DNA of 64,000 nucleotides from a virus: the IMG/VR virus record IMGVR_UViG_3300042371_000472, positions 28,483 through 92,482 of that record; one strand, 5' to 3'. Positions 29,408-39,140 of the stretch are shown here, piece after piece (position 1 is the first letter of the stretch; each line of letters starts with the position of its first letter). The position numbers were made by a program, and so were the translations under genes. The notes below the pieces were generated by a model that saw only the letters and a program-made list of their open reading frames with translations, made no database searches and was not told where the DNA came from.

Positions 29408-29572
29408 ATGGATGCTGTCGTCAGCCTATTACGCGTCATCTCTGTATGCCCAACCGAAGACTTAGCAAATGCACTATGCGACCCTGATACTGGTGTCTCA
29501 CTAGATGAGCAGGAACGATTAGTCATATGGTGCGATAACTTGGCAGATAATATTTCTAATTACGAGGACTAA
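29408..29572 (+). CDS. Small hypothetical protein
   Basis: Fills the gap between flanking genes. Confidence 0.4.
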   Translation: MDAVVSLLRVISVCPTEDLANALCDPDTGVSLDEQERLVIWCDNLADNISNYED

Positions 29573-29573
29573 A

Positions 29574-30002
29574 ATGGGGATTGACCCAATTGATTTGATG
29601 GGTGACCTGCCTAATTGGCCTGGTTCTCGTCCACCTAAAAATAGAGGAAAAAGTAAACCAATGGTCGTTGATACGGTCAATGGTGCAAAATCTAAGTATT
29701 ACCGAATTAACGGTGAAGATATAGAAATGTTTACAATTGGCGAAGCCGCGAGAGCATTAAACCGAACGGCAAGTACACTACGAATGTGGGAGCATCAAGG
29801 GTGGATACCAAAAACGAACTACAGGACATCAGCGCCGAGGAAGCCTCAATTACCAAACAAAGTTCCGAAGGGTCGTCGCCTGTACACCCGCAAACAGGTA
29901 GAATTCCTGAAAGACTGTATAAAGCGCTTCAACTTGGACGACAAAAACTCCAAGCAATGGAACGACTTTAGACATTACGCAATCACACACTGGCCCAAGT
30001 GA
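29574..30002 (+). CDS. MerR-type HTH DNA-binding protein
   Basis: FTIGEAARALNRTASTLRMWEHQG.IP...GRRLYT. Confidence 0.85.
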   Translation: MGIDPIDLMGDLPNWPGSRPPKNRGKSKPMVVDTVNGAKSKYYRINGEDIEMFTIGEAARALNRTASTLRMWEHQGWIPKTNYRTSAPRKPQLPNKVPKGRRLYTRKQVEFLKDCIKRFNLDDKNSKQWNDFRHYAITHWPK

Positions 30003-30138
30003 CTTGGGAAATTATTAAGAAAAACGCGCCGAACAGCAAATCGCAAGATATGCTCGGTCACCAAGAACTTATCGGTCGCCAAAAGCGCCTGACAAGTAAC
30101 CAATAAACACAAACACAAACACACGAGAAAGAAAAATC

Positions 30139-30864
30139 ATGCCTAAGTACGATGATGACGACTTTGAGAAAGATGAAGTCGCTTACGAAGCCCCACGAAA
30201 GTCACGAGCCATTGAGGACGATGACGACGACGATGACACCCCCGTGCGTAAATCAGCCAAGGTTGAAGACGCACCCCGCAAGTTAATCCGCGGTGGTTGG
30301 GAAGGCGTTAGCCAGTTGAAGTCCGCAGTCAGTGACTCTTCATATGCACAGCGCCTCAAGGTTACTGAGGAACCTGTAATTATCAAGTTCCTTGAATCTG
30401 CCCCCTATGCGGCTTATCGCCAGCATTGGATGGAGCGCACTGGTCAAAAGTCATTCACATGCATCGCAAATATTGATGAGCGTGGATGCCCACTATGCGA
30501 ATCAGGTAACAAGCCCAGCAACAAGTTTGCTTTCAATGTGGCTCTCCTAATTCCAAACGAAGAACCTGTGCTCCGTTCATACGAAGTTGGCACCCGAGTT
30601 ATTGACCAGTTGAAGAACTTCAATGACGATCCACGCCAAGGACCACTCCCCAAGCACTATTGGGCTGTTTCACGCTCAGGCAAGGGTGCGACCACCGCTA
30701 CCAACCATCAGTTGGTAAAGGCTCGTGACCTTGAAGAGGAATGGGGAGTCCAAGACTTGAGCGATGCCGAACTGACTAAGTTCCTTCGCCTTGCCTATAC
30801 GGATGAGATTGTCCCGATCCCTAACCGCAAGGACTTGCTCGCTGTCTCAGCGGAATATTCATGA
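30139..30864 (+). CDS. Single-stranded DNA-binding protein (gp32-like)
   Basis: Acidic N-terminus; IIKFL..YRQHW..FTC...CPLC zinc site; upstream of the polymerase. Confidence 0.75.
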   Translation: MPKYDDDDFEKDEVAYEAPRKSRAIEDDDDDDDTPVRKSAKVEDAPRKLIRGGWEGVSQLKSAVSDSSYAQRLKVTEEPVIIKFLESAPYAAYRQHWMERTGQKSFTCIANIDERGCPLCESGNKPSNKFAFNVALLIPNEEPVLRSYEVGTRVIDQLKNFNDDPRQGPLPKHYWAVSRSGKGATTATNHQLVKARDLEEEWGVQDLSDAELTKFLRLAYTDEIVPIPNRKDLLAVSAEYS

Positions 30865-32960
30865 ACATCAGTGTTCGTAGCGAGGGGAGGGGCGTAACAA
30901 CCCCTCCCCTTGTTGTTTCTACGATTGAAGAAATACACGAGATAGTTAAAATCGTGCAAAGCGTGGGCGCATTCGCATTTGATGTGGAGACACGCGGTGT
31001 AGTTGAGCGTCATGCCGACGCCATGAATGCGTTCAACACTGAACTCAAACAGCACCTAGCCGACATGGTGTCTACATCCCAATCAGTTAGGGATGCCACA
31101 CGCGAACGACTTATGGATAAGTGGAGAGGCATTATTGCCCTTGACCCCTTGCGTAACGAAGTCTTTTGGATTGGTATTGCCACCGATGGCTACTCATGGG
31201 CTATCCCAATGGGTCATCTATGTGGCGAAGTCATCACACCCGAAGAGGTTGGTGACGGTTCAACCGTCCCCCCAACGGGTTACCGCAAGTTAAAGAAAGA
31301 TGGCACTGAGTCAGAAGCAAAGACTCGGTATCGCATTCCCGCCGTATTCAGCGAACCACCACAACAATTATCTCGCTCTGATGTATTTCAAGCATTAGAA
31401 CCATTGTTTTCTGACCCAAATATCATAAAGGTGGGTCACAATGTCAAGTTTGACGCCAGATCAATTCGCAAATACCTAAATGTTGAGTTGCCTATGTCAG
31501 GATTTATGGACACGATGCTCATGCAACACATCGTGAATGAAAATCTCAGTGGCTACAGCCTGACAAATTTAATCTCCTATAACTATGGTGGGCATGACGC
31601 CTACTACAAAGAGGGCAAACTCGGCAAGATCATCAATACTGTGGCGTTCTCGTCGGCTACCAAATATGTACACCTAGATGTCCGCTGGACATGGATGCTG
31701 TACAAACGACTGTGGAATCAGATCAAGAATAAAGCAGGTCTAAGAAATGCTCTTGATCAGGACATGATCGTACTCCGTGTCATTATGGACATGGAAGACA
31801 TTGGTATTCCTGTTAAGAAAAGCGCCATGGTTGTCCTTGGTCGTGAACTGGATGGGCGTATGCGTGATCTGTTAAATGAGATGTCACAGTTCACCCCCTT
31901 AGGGTTCAACCCCGATAGTAATAAGAGCAAGCAAGAGTTCTTATTTAAAAGTAAGGCAGAGGGCGGTCTTGGTTTAAAGTCCCACAAGAAAACCGCCAAG
32001 GGAGCCTCGTCTGTTGACGAAGAAGCACTGCGGTTTGTTGAAAAAGCACATCCCTTGATTCCTATGCTTCTTGAATGGCAGGAAATCAAGAAGATGAAAT
32101 CAACCTATGTTGAGAGTCTTCTTCTAAAGTTGGTCAACAACAGCCTGCACCCGTCATACCACTTGCACCGAACCGCTACTGGACGCCTCTCGTCAAGTAA
32201 CCCCAATCTACAAAACATCCCAAGAGACTCAAGTATCCGCAGTTTGTTTGTTGCACCAGCCGGTCATACATTGCTCGTGGCTGACTATGATCAGATTGAA
32301 CTAAGGGTTATGTGTATGTTTTCTAAGGATAAGAATATGAGTAAGTTCTTCCTTGAAGAGCAGGACATTCACGCTGGCGCCGCCGCTCTTGTCCTAAACA
32401 AACCAGTAGCAGATGTAACCTCCGAAGAACGACAATTGGGCAAGGGAGTTAACTTCTTGACGGCATATGGCGGTGGTGCACAGAAACTTGCTAGTACTAC
32501 GGGTATTACTGAAAATAGAGCACGAGAAGTAATTAATAACTATTACAAACAATTTAGCGGAATATCTTTGTGGAAGAAAACTGAAATAGTAAAAGCACAA
32601 ATGTGCGGGCATGTCAACACACTGTCAGGTCGTCGTCGTCGGCTACCTGAACTTCACAGCCGTGATGACGGTGCACGAGCACGGGCAGAGCGCCAAGCCA
32701 TCAATGCCATTGTTCAGGGTTCCGCGGCTGACATCTGTAAGATTGCTATGATTGATGTCCACGAAGCATTGAAGCCTTTCAATGCCAAGATATTAGTACA
32801 GGTACACGACGAATTAGTGGTAGCAGTTCCAAATGAAAATGTAGAAGAAGCACAAAAAGTAATGGTTCAAGCCATGGGTCACGACCGAATTATCAATGGC
32901 ATCCCATTGAAGGTATCCTGTCATTCAGCAAATACATGGTCGGAGGCTAAGGGAAAATGA
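30861..32960 (+). CDS. polA: Family A DNA polymerase with 3'-5' exonuclease
   Basis: FDVET, GHNVKFD, TGRLSSSNPNLQNIP, ADYDQIELR, KGVNFLTAYG, QGSAAD, QVHDEL. Confidence 0.96.
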   Translation: MNISVRSEGRGVTTPPLVVSTIEEIHEIVKIVQSVGAFAFDVETRGVVERHADAMNAFNTELKQHLADMVSTSQSVRDATRERLMDKWRGIIALDPLRNEVFWIGIATDGYSWAIPMGHLCGEVITPEEVGDGSTVPPTGYRKLKKDGTESEAKTRYRIPAVFSEPPQQLSRSDVFQALEPLFSDPNIIKVGHNVKFDARSIRKYLNVELPMSGFMDTMLMQHIVNENLSGYSLTNLISYNYGGHDAYYKEGKLGKIINTVAFSSATKYVHLDVRWTWMLYKRLWNQIKNKAGLRNALDQDMIVLRVIMDMEDIGIPVKKSAMVVLGRELDGRMRDLLNEMSQFTPLGFNPDSNKSKQEFLFKSKAEGGLGLKSHKKTAKGASSVDEEALRFVEKAHPLIPMLLEWQEIKKMKSTYVESLLLKLVNNSLHPSYHLHRTATGRLSSSNPNLQNIPRDSSIRSLFVAPAGHTLLVADYDQIELRVMCMFSKDKNMSKFFLEEQDIHAGAAALVLNKPVADVTSEERQLGKGVNFLTAYGGGAQKLASTTGITENRAREVINNYYKQFSGISLWKKTEIVKAQMCGHVNTLSGRRRRLPELHSRDDGARARAERQAINAIVQGSAADICKIAMIDVHEALKPFNAKILVQVHDELVVAVPNENVEEAQKVMVQAMGHDRIINGIPLKVSCHSANTWSEAKGK
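30883..30919 (+). terminator. Terminator-like hairpin within the 5' end of polA
   Basis: AGGGGAGGGG-N8-CCCCTCCCCT followed by TGTTGTTT. Confidence 0.6.
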
Positions 32961-33442
32961 ACGAAGAGTATGAACCATTAAACCATAGGACATTTCTTCT
33001 CACCATGTCCCCACAGGATGGTCAAGAGATTGCCGAGATGGCTGGTTTCTCGCTTCCCTCAGAAGAAGTCATGGAACAGGAAACTACAGATGTTATGGGT
33101 AAGTGGTTTACCCTAAAGGCTCTCGGGCTACTTGACGACATCCACAAATGCTCAGAATGGGTGTCCCATATCATCCAGTTGCAGAATGATCTTGACGAAA
33201 AAGAGGTTGATGTTTCTGTCGCCCTCTTTACTTCATTTGGTGTCTCACTTATAACCATGCTGTTAGATAACCAAGACATTAAAATCTGCGGTGAAATTCC
33301 ATTGGTTATCCCACCCGATGCACTCAGCCAGGTGATCTCAGTGATTAGTATGTTCACAATTGACCCTCCTGACTTTGACGACGAAGATGATGGATGGGAC
33401 GCATATTTCAACGGAGAACAGGAGGATGAAGACGATGAGTGA
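32957..33442 (+). CDS. Acidic hypothetical protein
   Basis: 161 aa, coupled to polA. Confidence 0.6.
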   Translation: MNEEYEPLNHRTFLLTMSPQDGQEIAEMAGFSLPSEEVMEQETTDVMGKWFTLKALGLLDDIHKCSEWVSHIIQLQNDLDEKEVDVSVALFTSFGVSLITMLLDNQDIKICGEIPLVIPPDALSQVISVISMFTIDPPDFDDEDDGWDAYFNGEQEDEDDE

Positions 33443-33806
33443 CTGGTGGTCAAGAAAAATAGGTAATCAACCCTCACCCCCTCCTCGGACGCCTCCATCA
33501 ACTATGCCGTCTAGTCCGAGTAACATTAGGTTCCCTCAGGTACAACAGCCTGCACCTCAGGCTCAGGCTCAAGTCCAAGCATCTATTGACGCAAACGGGG
33601 AAATAAACATGGGTGAAGCGATTCGTTCATGGAAGGGCGGGGAAGCATCTCGCCGTGAAACACATGATTGTCCCGACTGTGGTAGTAACCTAGTATTCAG
33701 CCGATCAAAAGCAATGATTAATGGACATGCCCCAGCACCACGCTGTTACTGCTGTGGTTGGAATGGTAAATACACACAAGCAGACCAATCTTCTTGGTCT
33801 ATCTAG
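33435..33806 (+). CDS. Zinc-ribbon protein
   Basis: CPDCGS...CYCCG; ATG 33435 after GGAGG. Confidence 0.65.
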   Translation: MSDWWSRKIGNQPSPPPRTPPSTMPSSPSNIRFPQVQQPAPQAQAQVQASIDANGEINMGEAIRSWKGGEASRRETHDCPDCGSNLVFSRSKAMINGHAPAPRCYCCGWNGKYTQADQSSWSI

Positions 33807-33827
33807 CAATCACCAAACGGAGAACTA

Positions 33828-34841
33828 ATGGACACCTTTGAGTCAATCAAAGACATCATCAATAAGAAACATGGTGCCAACACCATCATCAAGGGTTCAG
33901 AGATGCGTAAAGAACTTCCCCGTATCACTACGGGAGTCTTGGCATTTGACCTGATGCTCGGCGGTGGTTGGCCTGTCAACCAGTGGTCTGAGATCATTGG
34001 AGACGAATCATCAGGTAAGACTGCCCTTGTTCTAAAGACAATCGCGGCTAACCAAGCCTTAGACCCCGACTGGGTCGTCCTATGGATCGCTGCTGAGGAG
34101 TTTGTTCCTGAGTATGCCCAAGCCATTGGTATTGACTTAGAGCGCATTTGGATTGTTGAAACCAACATCATGGAACAGGCGTACGACCTGATCACCAAGG
34201 CTCTAGATAACCGAGCCGTGGATTGCATCGTGGTTGACTCATTCCCAGCACTCATTCCTAACGATGAGAATGAAAAGATGATGGAAGAGTTCACCGTAGG
34301 TCTCGGTGCCCGACTCACCAGCAAGTTTATGAAGAAGAGCGCCAAGGCTCAGAAGCGTTCAATGGTTAATGCCGACCGTGGTTGCACAGGTTTAATGATT
34401 AACCAGTGGCGCGAAAAGATTGGTGTTATGTATGGTGACCCACGAACTACCCCTGGGGGTAAGGCTAAGAACTATCATTACTTCACTCGCGTAGAAGTTA
34501 AACGCGATGAGTGGATCAAGGAAAAAGACGAAGCCTTCGGTCAGGTCATCAAAGCGCGTACTTTAAAGAATAAGACTTACCGCCCACAACAGACAGCACA
34601 GGTTGATTTTTACTTTGCGGATGGTAGCGCCAGTGGTTTTAAACTCGGTGAGTTTGACACCATTAAAGATATCGTTAATATTGCTATTGCTATTAACGCC
34701 ATCACACGCGCTGGTGCGTTCTACTCATTCAACGGTCAGAAATGGCAGGGTAAGGACGCTGTCCTTGCATCAGTCCGTGAAGACCTCGGTCTTAGGGATG
34801 CCCTCACTGAAGTCGCACGAAACCATTTCGCTGTCAAATGA
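33828..34841 (+). CDS. recA: RecA-like recombinase
   Basis: GGGWP, GDESSGKT, IVVDS, INQWREKIGVMYGDP.TTPGG.A. Confidence 0.95.
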   Translation: MDTFESIKDIINKKHGANTIIKGSEMRKELPRITTGVLAFDLMLGGGWPVNQWSEIIGDESSGKTALVLKTIAANQALDPDWVVLWIAAEEFVPEYAQAIGIDLERIWIVETNIMEQAYDLITKALDNRAVDCIVVDSFPALIPNDENEKMMEEFTVGLGARLTSKFMKKSAKAQKRSMVNADRGCTGLMINQWREKIGVMYGDPRTTPGGKAKNYHYFTRVEVKRDEWIKEKDEAFGQVIKARTLKNKTYRPQQTAQVDFYFADGSASGFKLGEFDTIKDIVNIAIAINAITRAGAFYSFNGQKWQGKDAVLASVREDLGLRDALTEVARNHFAVK

Positions 34842-35170
34842 TCATTGGCTCAGACGGTAGCGAAAAGCGATACATTCAGAAGAAATCGCGCAAGCAAGAA
34901 GACCGAACAGCGTCTGCCTATAAGGGGAGCCGTAACGCTGGGTCAGGATCGGGTTGGTTGCGTAAGAATGATGTCAGATCAGAACATTTTCTTATTGAGA
35001 ATAAGTTTACAGATAACCTTAAGTCTTACTCAATCAAGTTTACGGACCTCCGTGATCTAGAAACTGTGGCTATCAAAGAAGACCGAACACCAGTATTACA
35101 ATTTGACTTAGGTGGCAAGAGGTATGTCATCCTGCGCGAAGACGACTTTTTGGAGATGATCAGTGAGTAG
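34838..35170 (+). CDS. PD-(D/E)XK nuclease (Holliday resolvase-like)
   Basis: E..A...GSG....K.DV.....IENK motif. Confidence 0.7.
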   Translation: MIIGSDGSEKRYIQKKSRKQEDRTASAYKGSRNAGSGSGWLRKNDVRSEHFLIENKFTDNLKSYSIKFTDLRDLETVAIKEDRTPVLQFDLGGKRYVILREDDFLEMISE

Positions 35171-36182
35171 CAGTAAATGGTTATTAGACCAGTTCAAAGA
35201 AAATGCCAAATCAACTGGACGGATCGTACCAATTGTCCGAGTCCAGGCGTCATTAGAGAATGCCAATGGTCAGGCTAAGCGCGATACCTTAGGCTTACAC
35301 CCCAGCGAAATCTGCAAGAAGGATTGGTGTCCGCGCTCGTCATGGTATGCAATTAAGGGTTTCCCTAAACCAGCCGAGACACTCACCTTTGGTCGCCTTA
35401 ACATCTTTGCTGAAGGTAACGCCATCCACCATAAGTGGCAACAGTGGTTACGAAACGCTGGAGTTCTACGGGGACTATTCAAGTGCAATGCCTGTGGGAC
35501 TGTCTCAGAAGAAGACTTTTCATTATGTAGTTGTGGTTCCAACAGTATCCGTTACGCAGAAGTCCCGATCCGTAATGAGGAATACAACATCACGGGTCAT
35601 GCAGACGGAATCGTTGAAGACGCAAACGGTCAACTTTTGATTGAGATTAAGAGTGTCGGCACTGGGACTATTAGATTTGAGGCTCCTGAGTTATTCGTAC
35701 CTTACTCTAAGGGTGAAATAACCATAGATGAATTATGGAATCGCATTCGTAAGCCATTCCCATCCCATCTCCGCCAAGCAAACATGTACATGTTCTGTAT
35801 GGGTATTCACGAACTGGCATTTATATACGAGTGGAAGCCAACGCAGGATGTAAAAGAATTCAATGTCAGGTTCCAACCTGAGATTATTGAGAGTATCCTT
35901 GAAGGATGCAAAGATGTGGTCTCTCATCTTGAAGGCAAGAGACCACCAATGCGCCCAGTTTGGGCGTCAGGAATAGACAACGCAACATGCAAGAAATGCC
36001 CATACAAAAACAAATGCTGGGGAGAAGATGATGACACGAATAATCAGATCAGTACCGTCCAACGATCCGTTGGAGAGGTTCACGGACAAGTTCAGTCTCC
36101 CAGCGAGACCAGCGGAATCCCCACCCGAGATACCGAGGGACCTAGACGGGTTGTCAGACGCCGATCTGATGAATCTCTATAG
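35163..36182 (+). CDS. Cas4-like / RecB-family exonuclease
   Basis: HPSEIC..C.R, G.AIH, GHADG, IEIKS, Q..YM, and C-terminal CKKCPY...C Fe-S cysteines. Confidence 0.85.
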   Translation: MSSSKWLLDQFKENAKSTGRIVPIVRVQASLENANGQAKRDTLGLHPSEICKKDWCPRSSWYAIKGFPKPAETLTFGRLNIFAEGNAIHHKWQQWLRNAGVLRGLFKCNACGTVSEEDFSLCSCGSNSIRYAEVPIRNEEYNITGHADGIVEDANGQLLIEIKSVGTGTIRFEAPELFVPYSKGEITIDELWNRIRKPFPSHLRQANMYMFCMGIHELAFIYEWKPTQDVKEFNVRFQPEIIESILEGCKDVVSHLEGKRPPMRPVWASGIDNATCKKCPYKNKCWGEDDDTNNQISTVQRSVGEVHGQVQSPSETSGIPTRDTEGPRRVVRRRSDESL

Positions 36183-36528
36183 AGAGTTCATGGGTTGGGT
36201 CTCATACTCACAGGCTGAGTTAGTCAAGGCTGAGATTGACGAAGACAAGCAGTCACACAAGTGCCGACTGTCTGAGTCCATGGTTCTTATTAGCCAGTGG
36301 AACTCAGCCGACAAGGCTGACCGAGTAACCTTGGCTAAAGCACGACGCGATGTAGACCCAGCAGTGGTTGCCCAGCAGGAGGCATACCAAGTTGCTCGCG
36401 CATATCGTAAACTGGTACAGACTATGTTTGATACCTGCGAACGCGGGGCGCAACTACTATCCCGTGAACTATCACGGCGTATCGGTCTTGGTAGTAAGGA
36501 CAACAGAATGGCAAGGTACACAGCGTGA
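36028..36528 (+). CDS. Helical hypothetical protein (possible UvsY-like recombination mediator)
   Basis: Coiled coil ending LSRELSRR, in the recombination cluster; function is a guess. Confidence 0.5.
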   Translation: MMTRIIRSVPSNDPLERFTDKFSLPARPAESPPEIPRDLDGLSDADLMNLYREFMGWVSYSQAELVKAEIDEDKQSHKCRLSESMVLISQWNSADKADRVTLAKARRDVDPAVVAQQEAYQVARAYRKLVQTMFDTCERGAQLLSRELSRRIGLGSKDNRMARYTA

Positions 36529-37088
36529 GTGACCTCACTTCTTTTACAAGAGATTTCACTCCCCTAACAGATAAATACGACCTAGGGTATATTGATGGCT
36601 TCTATAGCGACTTGTTTACCCCTTTAAAAAACGAACCAATTAACCTGTTAGAAATTGGAATCTACTTTGGACACAGCATCATGTTGTGGCATGCCTATTT
36701 TCCAAAAGCCAGTATTTATTGCGCCGACATTAACGACTGCACCAGTATTCATCATCTTGATAGGGTTATTCAATACACAGAGAACGCCTACGCTCCTGAC
36801 TTTCTAAATAAACTCAACGAAAAGTCATTTGATATCATCATAGATGACGGACCTCATACCCTAGAAAGCATGGAGTACTTCTTAACTTACTACCCACGGC
36901 TATTAAATGAGGGTGGTGTACTCATTCTTGAGGATATCATTGACCCCATGTGGACTACAGAACTTCTCAAGTTTGTCCCACAGGGGTATACACCAACCGT
37001 TCACCATATGGGTGGGCGCCAAAAGACTCAAAACCTCTATGACCAGTGGTCTAATGGTCTTGATGTCATCATAGTAAAGAAGGACTGA
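36525..37088 (+). CDS. Class I SAM-dependent methyltransferase (small-molecule/sugar type)
   Basis: LLEIGI..G.S, FDIIIDDG.H, L.EGGVLILED. Confidence 0.85.
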   Translation: MSDLTSFTRDFTPLTDKYDLGYIDGFYSDLFTPLKNEPINLLEIGIYFGHSIMLWHAYFPKASIYCADINDCTSIHHLDRVIQYTENAYAPDFLNKLNEKSFDIIIDDGPHTLESMEYFLTYYPRLLNEGGVLILEDIIDPMWTTELLKFVPQGYTPTVHHMGGRQKTQNLYDQWSNGLDVIIVKKD

Positions 37089-37089
37089 C

Positions 37090-37314
37090 ATGGAATACGA
37101 ACTCTCTACGGACATTTACGAATGGCTCAAGAATAAACAAACGATCAGCACAGCATCAGGGGTTTCCTATGATGTTGTTAAGTTTGCTGAGGCGGTCCAT
37201 CTCATTGAGACCCTTATGGCTGACCGTGACAAACTGGCTCAGATTATTGCATCAATGTACAAATGGAATAACAAGAGTACTGATGACATCCTCAAGGCTT
37301 TCAAAAAGGGTTGA
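37090..37314 (+). CDS. Hypothetical protein
   Basis: AAGGA RBS, operonic position. Confidence 0.55.
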   Translation: MEYELSTDIYEWLKNKQTISTASGVSYDVVKFAEAVHLIETLMADRDKLAQIIASMYKWNNKSTDDILKAFKKG

Positions 37315-37682
37315 TGGTGGCAAACCCATCTAAACAAAAAGGCACATCGTTTGAGACGATGATTAAGAACTACCTCAATGAGCATGGTTTCCCCGACGCA
37401 GAGCGCACACCACTCAAGGGTGGTGCTGATACTGGTGATATCAACGGTATTAAAAACCGAGTAACTGGTAGAAATGCTATTGTTCAATGTAAGAACCAAC
37501 GGCAGTTCCAACTCAGCCAGTGGCTTGATGCCACAGTAGAACAAGCCAAGCAAAAGGGTGACGCAATTCCTGCTCTAGTAGTTAAACGACCAAATAAGGG
37601 AGTTAATTCACTAGGTGATACTTATGCTGTCTTACGCCTTGATGACCTTATAGAACTGCTTAAAGAGGCTAATTACTTCTAA
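37311..37682 (+). CDS. Holliday junction resolvase (Hjc-like)
   Basis: KQKGTSFE....YL...GF..AER....D.GDI...QCKN. Confidence 0.8.
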   Translation: MMVANPSKQKGTSFETMIKNYLNEHGFPDAERTPLKGGADTGDINGIKNRVTGRNAIVQCKNQRQFQLSQWLDATVEQAKQKGDAIPALVVKRPNKGVNSLGDTYAVLRLDDLIELLKEANYF

Positions 37683-37722
37683 GATAAGGGGGTTAAACAA
37701 ACCCTTTTATATTGGAGTACAA

Positions 37723-38013
37723 ATGTCTCAAGAATTAAATGCGCCGCTAGAGGACATTATTAAAGTGTCAGGTAGCAGTAATCCCCAAAGTGTCGGTTCA
37801 ATCGTTGCTCGCGCAGTTATCGCTAAACAGCAACCTAAGATTCGCGCTATCGGAGCATCAGCCGTTAACCAAGCCGTCAAGGCTTGCGCTATTGCCCGTG
37901 GTTTCGTTGCACCACGCGGTGTTGATCTTACCTTTGTTATAGGTTTTGACGACATTGAAGGCGAAAATGGTACTACAATAAGTGCTATGTCCTTCAAACC
38001 TGTAGAGAGGTAA
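37723..38013 (+). CDS. spoVS: SpoVS-family protein
   Basis: IKVS.SS.P.SV....A....RAIGA.AVNQAVKA.AIARGF is the SpoVS signature. Confidence 0.9.
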   Translation: MSQELNAPLEDIIKVSGSSNPQSVGSIVARAVIAKQQPKIRAIGASAVNQAVKACAIARGFVAPRGVDLTFVIGFDDIEGENGTTISAMSFKPVER

Positions 38014-38015
38014 TT

Positions 38016-38825
38016 ATGGCTGAAGATACCGTAAGGTCTCATATTAATGATATTGTTGGCGATCAAGCACCACGACAAACTGGTTCTGCCCAGTTTGAAC
38101 GCCTCCGCGGTCAAATCAATAGGAATTCACATTTCTTTTTGGGACGAGGCACCGTACCCGACAGTTCTACCACCGTGCAATTAGGTTCGGATGAAGAAGT
38201 TCGTGCCCGACTTGCTGAAGGTCGTAGTGGTATTCCTGTAGAGACTAAGCAAGCATTAACAGATGTAACAACAGGAGCAATACCCGTACAAGGTGACGAA
38301 CGGGCTGTAATGTTTCCAAAAGCATTGCGTAAAACTCCAACCCCAAATTCTGAACCAAGATCAGCCGAAACTAACGAGACGAGTCGTGTTGGTCCTGGTG
38401 TTCCTCGTATCATTACCAGCCCACGCGTTGACCCAGTTCAGGCTCGTTCGGAAGATGCGGCTCTTTTTGAAGGAATTCTCCGCAACCGAGCGGCACTAAT
38501 AGACATGATGACAGATACTGGCGCTCCTATTTACCGTGCACCTCAGCGTTCTGAAGGTATGGATGCTGGCATGGTACAACGAGATAGAGAAGAACAGAAT
38601 AGACGGAGAGAACTTACGCGAGATGTCCGAGATGCTGATGGCAATGTAATTGACATGAAGGCTAGGGCTAAGACTAAGCCTCAAGCCAACGATAAACCTA
38701 AAGGACCAAACAAGGGTGGTCGTCCTAAGAAAGACACCACGCCAGCACCTAAGAAGGCAGTTGGTCGCCCTAAGAAAGAGACTGCCCCTAAGAAGGCAGT
38801 TGGTCGCCCAAAGAAAAATAAGTAA
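38016..38825 (+). CDS. Hypothetical protein with AT-hook/histone-like C-terminus
   Basis: Three GRPKK motifs; APKKAVGRPKK duplicated at DNA level. Confidence 0.65.
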   Translation: MAEDTVRSHINDIVGDQAPRQTGSAQFERLRGQINRNSHFFLGRGTVPDSSTTVQLGSDEEVRARLAEGRSGIPVETKQALTDVTTGAIPVQGDERAVMFPKALRKTPTPNSEPRSAETNETSRVGPGVPRIITSPRVDPVQARSEDAALFEGILRNRAALIDMMTDTGAPIYRAPQRSEGMDAGMVQRDREEQNRRRELTRDVRDADGNVIDMKARAKTKPQANDKPKGPNKGGRPKKDTTPAPKKAVGRPKKETAPKKAVGRPKKNK

Positions 38826-38841
38826 ATAAAAGGCTAACAAT

Positions 38842-39003
38842 ATGGCACCGCTAGACCCACCCTCATGGGATGACATGCTGGACAATTTGGGATACTCAAT
38901 TGATGATGAAGATGACGATCTTTACTATGTAAGAAAAGCATCTAAAGATAAGAGCAAAGTTAAACCCAAAGTTAAAGATTATGAATGGGACGATTACGAC
39001 TGA
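38842..39003 (+). CDS. Small hypothetical protein (53 aa)
   Basis: Translated by hand (MAPLDPPSWDD...); TGATG coupling to the next gene. Confidence 0.5.
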   Translation: MAPLDPPSWDDMLDNLGYSIDDEDDDLYYVRKASKDKSKVKPKVKDYEWDDYD

Positions 39004-39140
39004 TGGCAAAGAAAACATACCGACCCGACCCTCGCAATGAGTTCATCAAGCGAGGAATTAAAAAGCCACGCCCCGTAGAACCTTTTGGTGGAGGTCAAGG
39101 TGGCATGTTTACTGGTACATCTCCGGGATTTGGTGGCTAG
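39003..39140 (+). CDS. Small hypothetical protein (45 aa)
   Basis: Translated by hand (MAKKTYRPDPR...); overlaps both neighbours by 1 nt. Confidence 0.5.
   Translation: MAKKTYRPDPRNEFIKRGIKKPRPVEPFGGGQGGMFTGTSPGFGG

Noticed and set aside
36525-37088. DNA methyltransferase
   Set aside because: Lacks DPPY/NPPY or PC motifs; the EIG/DDG.H pattern fits small-molecule or sugar O-methyltransferases.
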